This document shows, piece by piece, positions 1-11,180 of a DNA stretch of 64,000 nucleotides. Both the position numbers and the translations under genes were made by a program. Position 1 is the first letter of the stretch; each line of letters opens with the position of its first letter. The DNA is from Lingula anatina. Taxonomy: Eukaryota; Animalia; Brachiopoda. The notes under the pieces are model-generated. The model was not told where the DNA came from and searched no databases. It saw nothing but the letters and a program-made list of their open reading frames with translations. The stretch covers positions 3,348,001-3,412,000 of the forward strand of contig CM120641.1 in NCBI GenBank assembly GCA_051362555.1, written 5' to 3'.

Positions 1-577
1 GGTCCATAGTTACTATTGAACTTGAATAGGAAGTCATATACTGGCAATCTAAATGTGACCTTAAAATTGACCTTTGACCTACTTTACACCATGAACTGAA
101 TTTTGCAAATTTTGCTTTCCTTTTATCTCCAAAACTGGCAGAGATAGGTCCATAGTTACTATTGAACTTGAATAGGAAGTCATATACTGGCAATCTAAAT
201 GTGACCTTAAAATTGACCTTTGACCTACTTTACACCATGAACTGAATTTTGCAAATTTTGCTTTCCTTTTATCTCCAAAACTGGCAGAGATAGGTCCATA
301 GTTACTCTTGAACTTGAATAGGAAGTCATATACTGGCAATTTACTGTGACCTTGAAATTGACCCTTGACCTATCTTACGAAGAACTTAAATTTGATTGTA
401 CCATATATATTTTTTTCAAAAGTTAAAAAATTCTTGTTGATTGCATTTTTACAGCTTGTCAAGCACAAAACTGGTGGCTGTGTCCCTTATTTTGTGTATG
501 TGGGGGTCTATACGAATGCGCTTGCTCCAGCTGGTGGTACAATATTCGGAGGCGGTATCGCCTCTCTGATCCTCTAG
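1..577 (+). mobile_element. Non-autonomous Helitron-like element (truncated by window start) with internal 146-bp tandem repeats, in a Claspin intron
   Basis: Repeat unit GGTCCATAGTTACT... recurs at 1, 147 and 293 and carries TGACCTT motifs. The element ends in hairpin GAGGCG-GTAT-CGCCTC (549-564) followed by CTAG (574-577) then T, a Helitron-type 3' terminus. Confidence 0.65.
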
Positions 578-657
578 TTCTTTTTTACTTTATTTTTTTC
601 TTAATGTGATAAATTATTTGGTGATAATTCATGACATCATCAAACTTATTATTTCAG

Positions 658-3600
658 ACTCTTTCCGCCCCAGTTTATTCAAAGACAAGGACACCAGCCT
701 GAGCAGCGCTGACACCAGTTTTGAGATGATGGGCTCCATGATACCAGCACACCAACCAGGAGGAGGATTAAAACACACTGGGAACCCCGTGAAACCACAA
801 ATAACCACCCCCACACTGCTCAGCAAAATACCGTCTGCTATATCAAGGGTAAGTGTTTTGGTCTTTTCTTGGTGTTACATTTGTAATATTGAAACTTTAT
901 TTTGAGTTCGACACTGGTTTTTTAAAAGAAAATGTTGTATTTGGTATTATTTGTAAGTCTTTTGCTTTTGCTATGCAGTATATGACAGCAAAATGTCTGT
1001 TTTCGTAATGTATGCAATATTATATACTTACTGCATGAATGTGGACCTGGTTGTTAAAAATAAATTTCTATAGTTTTTGATTATATGCATGTGTTTTATG
1101 TTATAACAAGCCAATCATCTTCTGTGGATTATGTATAGATTTGTACCTTGTCATCACATGGATGATACTTTGTGCTTACACAAATGAATATTTAGAAAGT
1201 AATTATGATTAGTATAACATTTCTCTATCTCTTACAGAGTAGCAGTAAACTGTCTGATTTAACACTCCCCGTGGAAGATTCTCAAGATTTGTATGGACCT
1301 ATGCATACCCAGCAAGAAAATATCCAAGACTCACAAAATTTTCACTTTTCTTTGGACTATGACGAGTCACAGTCTCAAATTCTTGATGCAGATGGGTGAG
1401 GGCCAGTCTCTCTGTCTTTTTCCTCCCTCTCTCCTTCACTCTCTCCCTCTCTTTGGCCTTAAAGCAATAATAAAAATGGAATAATAATATGCCACTGCAT
1501 AATTCTCCAAAGTATTCTCAGTTACAGTAACTGATGTGTAATTCTTTAATTTATTGTTGCCTGTCTACTCCAGATTCTTGAAATTAGATCCAACCCAGAA
1601 AAAGTCGTCAAAGCGTCAGTTGGATCTTGGACAAAGTCAGAGTCAGGATAACTTTGATGAACTTCTTAACCTGTGTTCAGGTGGATTTGGTGAAGGCAAG
1701 TTAATTTTTTTTTAGAAAACTTGATAATTGATTTAATTAAATAATGCTAACAGTATGGGAGTCTACACGTGAAAATTGCTAACCAAAATATTGCAATTAT
1801 TCTCTTAGTGTTTTTAGGCTTGACAGTGATTATTTTCAGTATTAGTAATAGCCTTTAATAACATTTCCAGGCCCCCAGCAGTCCAGTCAGAGGGTGTCAA
1901 AGAGTGGGGGGATATTCAGTAAAATAGTGGCCCCTACACAGGACAACATGGATGAGTTGCTAGGACTCTGTTCAGGGCAGTTCAGTGGCAGGTAAATAAC
2001 ACTCATGCTTCATTGGATGGAGGGGGGAGGGCATATGGGTTGGGAAGCCAGGGGGAACTAGATGTCTGCCTTGTACCTGTCCTGCCTATTCATATTTGTC
2101 TCATGTCTCTGAACAGTAAAGAGTAAGCTGTAAATAACAATTTGAACATGGTGGATAGGTGGAAGGGAGCTGAATATTACAGTTGATAGTTAGCTGTAAA
2201 GTTTGAACATGGTGGTAGTGGGGGTTAGGAGCTGAATATAAGCCTTTTAATTGAACTACTGTTCACTTTCCTTAAGAGTCAAAACTGTAACTGGACGCAT
2301 CATTTTGTTTTTGATCAGTTAAAGGTTTCACAGTTATTGTAATGTACTCAAGATGAACCTGAAATCATTTTGAATTGTTTGCACAAATGACTTAATAATC
2401 AAAATAAGTGGTTGTTATGTAATATTTCATTTCTAGTCATTCTTTTAGGATCAAATATTGAGGCAATAAATTACTTTGAAACATGCTCTAATGAATGCCT
2501 TGTTTTTCAGTCAACAAGCAGCATCTCAAGTCACGGCATTGAAACCAACTCAAAACAATAGTCAGTCTCAGAATGTGGCAAAAGTGATCGAAAAGGATGA
2601 AGAAGAGCTAGACAGTCCTCAAAAGCCCCAGCGAGTGGCGAAAAAGCGTAAAGCCGTGATTGAGGACAGTGATGAGGAAGATGGCGATATGGGGACGGCA
2701 CCTTTTGAGATTGTTGAGGAGACCAACCTTTCAAATGATGGATGGGGAAAGGAGAAACAGGTAGTTTTTTTGTAACTTTTGAACATGTTTTAAATGCCAG
2801 ATATATTTTTAGCTTTTGAAATTATAAGTCTTTCAAGTTTCGGTTGTTGACTCTTTGTTTATAAGATTTCAAAGAAGGGAAGGTAAAAAAAGAAAATTAA
2901 GAGCGCCCCTGTATTCTTTCTTTTTGATCCTATTTTTCAAAGCTGCTTGGCTGCCATTCAGACACATTGATCTTCTACTGAACAATTTTATTACTCAGGA
3001 TGACCTTGGTAGCGATGAAGAAGCAGAGGGTGGTCATGTAAGAGACAGCGAGGATGAAGATGATGATGAAATGCCTGTCAAGTTCTCTGGTTTTACCTAC
3101 TCAAATCAGCATGGGTATGGGTTTGCTGTTATTGCTTTTGACATCATTCAGTCACTTGGCTAAGACATAGAAAAAGGCAGAACACATTTATCATGAATTT
3201 TTTTTGGAATAGAGGTGTAGAAACTAGTTACAAGTGAGGGGTGTATATTATAAAGGGGAGAATCCTGCAGAGTGTCCCTATTGTCATCTACCCGTCCTCT
3301 GCAAGGTTGACCAAAAAATCGCAGACTGCTCACGAATGTGACACGTCTCTCATGTATAACAGTATGTTAACTTAGAGGTAATATAAGACATTGCTCATTC
3401 AAAATTCAGTGTGGTGACATATATTTGCTTTTTGTGATTTGTGGTATAGCATGGAACATGAAGTGTTTTTTTTTTTTTCAAGGAATTTAAGTTGAACTTG
3501 GTCACTAGCTTAATGGATTGAGGGATTGGAAGTACTAATTTAGTAAGTCAAGGAGTCATGTTTTTGTTTTTGTTTCAGGAAAATAAGAAAAGAATTTGTG

Positions 3601-6600
3601 GATGAGGAAGCTGAACTTTCAGGTACTGTATCTTTTTTTAACTGCAATTTATAAGCATTTGAATTTTGTGCTAATAACCAAACTGAACTTTGGTTAAAGA
3701 ACATTTTGAAATTTATTCAGTTAATTTAGTCATACTCCATCTACATCTTGAACATTTTGTGCACTGGTCGCTAGATAAGACCTCAGAAAAACTTCTTAGC
3801 AACATACAGATCCATATTAACTAGTGTGAAGATGAAATCTCTACATAATAGATATCAGTCTCATGCAATCTCCAAATTTTCACAAAGTCATACACTCATA
3901 ACTTCTTTAGAATTGAATATTTTAACCACTCTGCCAAAGATACTATATACTTGTCAGTTGCCTCACACTAGTGGCTGATGACATAGACTGTTTATTGGGT
4001 TAAATGTGACAGTGTATTTGGTGTGAACGATGAAGCAAGTGCCTGGCAGCTTTACATCAGATTTCTCCCCAGTTTTTGCCTCAGTCAGGAACCACTTTGT
4101 AAGCAAAAAAAAAAAAAAAAAAAGAAATTTTCAGTGTAATTTTATAAAGCAACTTGTCAGTTACTTAAGAATGTGGGTCACGGGCTGTGATGCCTTCAGT
4201 TATTATTCTTATCTTTGAAATATTTTATAATCAGGGAGTGAGTATGACAGTGATGAAAATGTAGACCTGGATGAAAAAGATGACATAATGGATCACGAGT
4301 CAGGAGATGAAGATGCTTTGCCAGATGATGAGGAGATCAGGAATCAAGTTGGAAGGGTACAGCTGTAAGTGTAGAGTATTCTTGAATTTGGGTTGATTTT
4401 TTTAAAACAGATAGATCCAATTAACACTGAAATACCATGGATAGATATGTAATATGTTTTGATATAGTTTTTTAAGTCCATTTAACTGAATATTAATGTG
4501 GAATAAAAACTTGTGTAATATTTTTGAATAAAATTAGATGTAATTGAAAGTTTACAAGGGAACTGAACTCACATTAGCATGTTAAACTTTTTGCAAAATT
4601 AAAAGAAAATGATAATATACCTGCACAGTATGACTGTAAATTATGTATTTCATTTTTTTTTTAATGCAATGAGGAATAATTTATGAATGAGTGTCAAGAG
4701 TGAAAGGATATGGGTAAACAAGAATATGCCTTTCCAGGGGCTGATCCAGAGATATTTTCTGACAGTCTTCCAAATTATCTTTGTTGATCCATCCTCCATT
4801 TTTGACTGTCTTTCAATAGAAAAAATTAGATACCCATCAATGTAAATTTGAAAAGAAGACTGCCTCAATCTGCCCCTGCCTTTCTGCATATTTAATTTAT
4901 TTTCCTATTTTGTCTAGAAAACAAGCAATAGATGCTGACAAGAGGGAGCTGAGGTTACTGCAGGAGATGTACCTGCCTGATGGTGACCTCTACTCGGAAG
5001 GAGGGGGAAGAGTCCGGAAATTCCGATGGAATAATATAGGTCTGTGTTATTTAGTTATATTTAAGTTTTTTCTCAAATGTGATATTTGTTTCGGCTGGAG
5101 CTTCTGGACCTGGAAAATCAACAATCTGACTGGTTTCACACAGGGTTCATACAGTCTTGAAAAGTGCTTGAACTTTGTCCTTCTCCTTGAATTCAGTTTG
5201 TGCCGGAAAAGTACTTGAAATTGCTATTAACCTTGAAAAGTCCTTGAATTTGATCACTCAGCAATTTTCCAAAAAATTATTTCAAATATTTTGGGAATAT
5301 GGACAATACTTTGTAGAAAAGGAAAAAAACATTTTGGACATCATTTAATTTAATTCTTTTTATGTTTCATCAATGTGTTAAAACACAAAATTTATATAAA
5401 ATATCTTTTTCTTTGGTATGTACACTTATAAATGTCAGCACAGTGCCTTCATTTGCCTTCAAGTCCTTAAAATGTAGTTGAACTAGAACCCAGAAAGTCC
5501 TTGAATGTCCTGGAAATTGTTCTGAATGTTCCCTGCCACAAGTCCATCCAAGCACACCCCTGCAAGAGATGTTTTTGATTCTCCAAGATTTGCTAGGGAT
5601 TTGAACGACTGATTATAAAGAGTAAGAAAGCAATGTGATGAAGCTACATTGCAAAAAAAAAAAAAAAAAAAAGTGTCTCCTAAAAAAGTGTTTTTGTAAA
5701 TATGTACAGATTTTGTCAAGATGGAAGGTCTACTCTTTGTTATATGTTGTCCTCCTTCAGATGAAGATGACACCCAGCAGGACATGTTTGGCGGTCAGTC
5801 AGATGATGAGAACCAAAACGAGGAGGAAGGAGAGAACGAGACAAGATGGAGAATGGAAAGATATGAAAGAGAGAAATGGATAGAGGAGCAAAAGGTGATC
5901 TTTTTACAGCAATTTAGATAAAAAGTGAATAAAAATGATTATAAGAACCCATTGTGGCCTCTGGGTTATAAAATCTGTTGTTTTTTTTTTTTTGTTTTTT
6001 TTAAATCTATTTGACTTAAATTCAGTGTTTCACTTTTTAAATGACTTTTTTAATGCACTGGCTTTTGAAAGTAAAGCTTTGGTGATTGATAATTCAATTT
6101 GCCTGCTGTGCTTGTATTGTGAGACTATCTTGTTTCACTATCAGTAAGAATTTATTGACTTATCGGTATGTCATTAGATTCTTGAAAATTATCAAAATGA
6201 TGACATGGTGAACAACAGTTCTATTATCTTCATGTGTTATAGTTACAAGAAGAGGGAGTGCGAGAAGATGAAAGTAGCCAGTTAATTAAACTTGGACGAG
6301 CTGTTCTGAGGCCTAAGAAAGGTAATTAACACCTGGTGCAGAATTTGTGCTTCATTAGCATTTATTTGGTGTCCTTATATTCCTTACTGATTTTTTAATT
6401 TGATGTTCTTGTGGATTCATTTAAGTTCAAATTTTGTCCTGAAATTGTTCATCCAATTCTCTGTGAATAATGTATTCATAATTGCTACGGAAGAACAGCA
6501 GAGTTTAACGCATTTAACAGATTTGGTTTATCAACACTCATCTGATTTTCAGTTTGTGCAGGAAGCAGTGTGAAACCACCGACAGTGAAATCTAGCAAAT

Positions 6601-7384
6601 CAAGTGAGAAACATCCCACTACACCCAAAAGCTTGAGTAAAATTGGGGTAAGGTCAAGGACATTCAAGACTGAAACTTTACAGCAAATTTGCCCTCTGTA
6701 GTTAAAATGGATGACACTTATTTGTTTTCTATATTAATGCTTTTAAAAATACTGAATTTTGTGGTTTTCTGTTTTCCTCGAAATATTGAAAATAGAGGGT
6801 TTTGTAACATTGAAGAATATTTATTAATATAAGTATTGTTCTCAGACATTGTCTCATCTTCTCAGACATTTACGCAAAGAAGAAATGGCAGTACTAATGA
6901 ATAAGTTATTTCTGTTCAGTTTTTATAATTAAAGAAACTGCTTTTTGAAATGTGAAAAAGTTTTCCTCTCATTACCTTTAAAATATTACGATCTTTTCTT
7001 CAATTCCAGCACTTAAGAAGAGGCTCCTTTATGGGTAGAAACAAGGAAGTGTTAGCTCAGATTGCTCAAACAGTAAAACCAGTCACAAATCCACAGGGTC
7101 CTAGAAATTCTCGGAATTTTGTATTTGCTGCCGTTTCCCCAGAACAAGAGAAAGAAAAACCACAGGTAATTTATTTTCCATTTGTAATAAGATGTTTTTT
7201 ATTTTATCATCGCCCATCTCCTGTTTTACTGTAGATTCCAGTTGTTATGGTTCCTTTTTTACTTTATTTCCAGCCTGTGAGAAGATCAGTTAGTTTGGGT
7301 GGAAGCAATGGGCCAAATCCAAAAAGACTGAAGCTTGATCAGCCATCTGCTTTCTCTCAAGACAGCATTTTTAATTTACTTTAA
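658..7384 (+). CDS. CLSPN: Claspin (Chk1 mediator), 3' part, 14 exons; 5' part lies upstream of the window
   Basis: Phase-consistent exons with AG/GT boundaries (one GC donor): 658-848, 1238-1395, 1574-1695, 1871-1991, 2511-2760, 2999-3114, 3579-3622, 4235-4364, 4918-5039, 5761-5894, 6243-6321, 6553-6647, 7010-7165, 7274-7384 (TAA). Peptides match claspin motifs: [99 protein letters not shown]-terminal SIFNLL. Confidence 0.93.
1574..1991 (+). other. CLSPN: Claspin Chk1-binding domain: two ExxxLCSGxF repeats, one per exon
   Basis: Exon 1574-1695 encodes [15 protein letters not shown]. Exon 1871-1991 encodes [15 protein letters not shown]. Confidence 0.9.
5141..5535. mobile_element. Degenerate hAT-like MITE in a Claspin intron
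   Basis: Starts CAGGGTTCATAC, ends ...TTCCCTG, with repeated subterminal AAAGTCCTTGAA/AAAGTGCTTGAA motifs at both ends. No TSD recognised. A related 5' fragment (AGGGTTCATAC) lies near 61812. Confidence 0.5.
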
Positions 7385-8139
7385 CATCTTGTTAACATTG
7401 CTTGCATTTTGATGTCTGTGAGCCCTTTATACCAAGAAATTAAAATGAAAGATCTTATTTTAGCAGGTACTGTAATTAAATGTAATTTGTTAGCAAAAAT
7501 GCAAAAACTTGTCAATACTTTAAAAAAAGATACATCAGATTGATCAAAATTGGGCACAGATAACAATAAACCAATCCAAGTGTCGGATAAGAAGAAATGG
7601 AAACTGTACCAGTTTCAGTTTGTCAACCTCCAGCAAGGCAACACTTAAGATTGAAATAGCTTTATATTAACAGCAACTTCCAGGTGTAACTGAGTTCTCA
7701 GCCTGTTTTAATTCAATTATCACATCAAGGAACTTTGCCATTCCTTTACCTTTAAATTTAAAAGTGCATGGTGTAAGATTTTCCCATGAAAAACTCAAAA
7801 GTTTTATTTTAATTCTCAATTCAAGATATGCCCACTCTGGTCAATGAATGACCAGGGTCGTTGCTTTGGTTGTAGTACTCATGAGATGATAGCCAGTAAT
7901 AAGATGGCAGGCATTAATTTGTTGAAAAGCGACAGATTGTTTCTGAAAATTGGGTAGGAGAGTTGATTATATGTATTTGAAAAAGAATGTAAAGTTATTT
8001 TTTAATTATATCACATATGTATGTATTAGAATTCTATCTTGTAAACCCAAAATTTGGGTTTGGTTATAACAGAAGTTGTATATAATTATGTATTTATCTG
8101 AGCAGACTTTGTTGTAACAAGAAAGTGCAAAATGTGTTA

Positions 8140-8145
8140 AATAAA
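8140..8145 (+). terminator. Candidate Claspin polyadenylation signal
   Basis: AATAAA ~750 nt after the stop codon, followed by T/GT-rich sequence. Another AATAAA lies at 7565-7570. Confidence 0.4.
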
Positions 8146-8850
8146 ATGTTTAAAAAAATGAATAATTATAGAAAGGTTTTCTTGGATTTTGTCTTTCCTA
8201 TTATATATCCTGTTTGTATGCCTATTCTACAAGACGTAAGGTGCTTGAGACTAAATTTTTTTCGTGGCAGATCATTAACTTGATGCAAAATAATAAAAAA
8301 ACAGCACTTTAATATTGTAATGGTCTAAAAACTAGAACATTGATGGAGACAGAAGGGGGGTGTTTGCATAATACTTATTAATTGTGAAACAAAAGAAATA
8401 AAGAAACGTACCAGTGAATGGCATAGAATCATATCAACTGAAAAAAAAATTTTTTTTTTAATGATTAACTGTTGTACATGCTGATATCCCAAAATCTTCA
8501 TAGACCAGAACTTAAAGTTTTTTATTCTGTTTATGAGTAGCAATATGTAAAAATGTATAATATACAGGCAGCGTACCTAGAGTTTAATTTTTTTAATATT
8601 CCTCTTATTAAGGTCTAAATCTTATAGTAATAATAAACTAAAAGGGAAGAACAAGTAAAACACGAGGGATGATCACTATCTTTATTCAGTTGATGGTTTA
8701 AGGAATCTTAAAATGTTAATGAATGTATAAATTAGTGTTTACCATGTGCTGGCTGTATTTTTCACCAATAAATACATTTTAAGGGAGTGTCAGCTATCAT
8801 GTGCAAAAGCTGACCTTTTCTTATATGTTTTTATCTGTTTAACGTGCCTA

Positions 8851-8898
8851 GCCCAGCTGGTGGTACAAACCCTGGAGGTGGTATCACCTCTCATCTAG
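8851..8898 (+). mobile_element. Second copy of the same Helitron-like 3' terminus
   Basis: CCAGCTGGTGGTACAA...GAGGTG-GTAT-CACCTC-TCAT-CTAG is homologous to 526-577. Confidence 0.6.
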
Positions 8899-9285
8899 TT
8901 AGATTGCACTGTCTCCTTTTTCACACATATTTTCACACACACACTGATAATCAGATGAGTGTTTATGAATCAAATCCGTTATAGGCTTTTAAACCCTGCT
9001 GTTTATCCTTAGCAACTTGAGAAACATTATAACAGATAAATTACAGATTATTCATTATATATATCATAAAGTTATATATATTTTTAAAAAAGAAGGAAAA
9101 TTATAATCTCTTCTCATCTTCTCTTCTAATTTGACAGAGAAATAATTTTTAAACTTTAATCTAAGCATGAAAAATACATAATTGACGAACTAAATTCTGA
9201 CATGTGCAGTGTGCCGATTTTGAAATAATATCTAGAAGATTCTGATAGTTGCGTTTAGCAGTCTTGCTGTGAGCAAAACACTCTC

Positions 9286-9924
9286 AGGCCAATTTGCAAA
9301 ATCGCCTTTAGTGAGTTTTGGGTATTATCAGCTTGGCCCAAAAACTTTTTTGTGAAAATAGTTTTTTTCTGATTTGGTCTGATTTGTAAGTTACCCGACT
9401 TCTGGTCCGTCTAAGACTGGATTCTCATCCCTAGATCGATCTAACAGGATCGGTCCATCTCCACGGGGTCCCTCGCTAAATTGCTTTCAGCCCAAACGGC
9501 TTAGACGTCTGGGACGCCCACTAAAGCAGCTAAACGATAGTTAATTACCCCTTATCAGCCTCAACAGGCGTGACAGACATCTAAGCTGCCCAAGTTAATT
9601 GCAATTAAGCGAGAATTCCCTCGGAGATAGTTCGATCCAAAGTTCCCATGCCTAGATCGATCCATCTGGCTTGGTCTAACTCCCTGGGAAGTCTCACTAT
9701 ATTGCTATCAAGTTAACCGGCTTAAATGTCTGTCAAGCCTACCGAATCAGCTACGGGGTAAAGATAATTACCCCCTAGCAGCTTTACTAGGAGTGACAGA
9801 CATTTTAGCCGGTTCAGTTGATAGCAATTTAGTGAGACCCCACAGGGAGATAGATTGGTCCAAATATCTGTGGGAATGGTCCCCCATGGCAATGATCTCT
9901 AAAGTTATTTTGTGGAACCGACCT
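9286..9924. mobile_element. MITE-like element with degenerate TIRs and two ~221-bp internally palindromic units
   Basis: Left end AGGCCAATTTGCAAAATCGCCTTTAG resembles the reverse complement of the right end, AGGTCGGTTCCACAAAATAACTTTAG. Units start with CCTAGATCGATC at 9430 and 9651. The second unit folds back from ~9680 to ~9848. Confidence 0.6.
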
Positions 9925-11149
9925 CTGAACAGCCCGAACAGCGTGCCTTGGGTCAGTTACTAACTCTAGTGTGTCTCCTAGACGTTGACCTTCAGTTTTT
10001 TATTACCTACTGTAGTAATAGGCCATAGAATTTTTCTTCTTCTTGTAAGATAAAAATCTTTATCATCTATCATTTACCAAACCGAGGTCATTTCTTTCCC
10101 ATGTATTGCGCGGTCTAGGCTATTTCACTTGAATAAATAGAAACAAAGTGCTGAGAACATCTAGTTTTATTTAATATCACTTGCTTTTTGTCGCTTTTTT
10201 TCCATGTACCACACTCACCTGTATACATAAGCAATATCACTGTCAATATATACATTTTTGTGTCTAATTTAGCTATCAGTGCAGTGGCGTGCTCTGCGTA
10301 TTCATGAACAGAAAAGCGTCAAGAAAGCAAGCATTTGATGGTCTACATGTATTTTGTATGTTACTCGAAAGTTTCCGCAATGATATATTCTGTTATGTGG
10401 TTGCAAATCCCATGATACTATTGAGACTTTGGATAATTTGTTGATTTATACTGTTGCATGCTACAAAGCCAGTGCTATCTTTAAAACAAATGATCCGTAA
10501 CAAAATAATTCAAAAATAGTTCAAAGATATTCTGATCGATTTTTATGCATTTGTCAGTTAGTGATTTGAGATGTTCATGGAATTTGTAACAGTTGTGCCG
10601 CACAATATATAAAAGCGATTGAACGTTAAAACACTTGCAATGCATGCGAAGAGCGGGAGACCCATATGCAGATATCGCTATTTGAAGCTTTGTGGTTTAT
10701 TTTCCTTTTCAGCAGATACTTATACGGGATTAAATTATCAAAGCAACGTGAAGGCCTACTATTAACCTGTACAAAAGGCTGATAAAAGCAAAAGAGAAAA
10801 AAGTGACTTGTTTGAATTTCGCATAGAAAAGAATCAAATCCCCTCAAAGGAGCGTAGAAAAACTAATACCTGAATTAGAGAGTTCAGTTATTCTCCAGAC
10901 ATAATATTGGTTTCCATAATAAATCGCACTGTCATTATTTTAGAAAAATAACACCACAATCAAGATTATTGTTCTGCGAATGCATTCAACGTAAATCAAC
11001 AGGTTTTCAATGTGATAATGACTGCATTGACGTATGTTCAGGAGAACGGTTGTCGGCTTCTTTTTTGTTTTTTATCAATGGATGTCATTGGAGATATAGC
11101 TCAATGAAAAAAAATAGGCAAACATCCAAAAAGGCTGACAGACGCGTGT

Positions 11150-11180
<31 letters not shown>

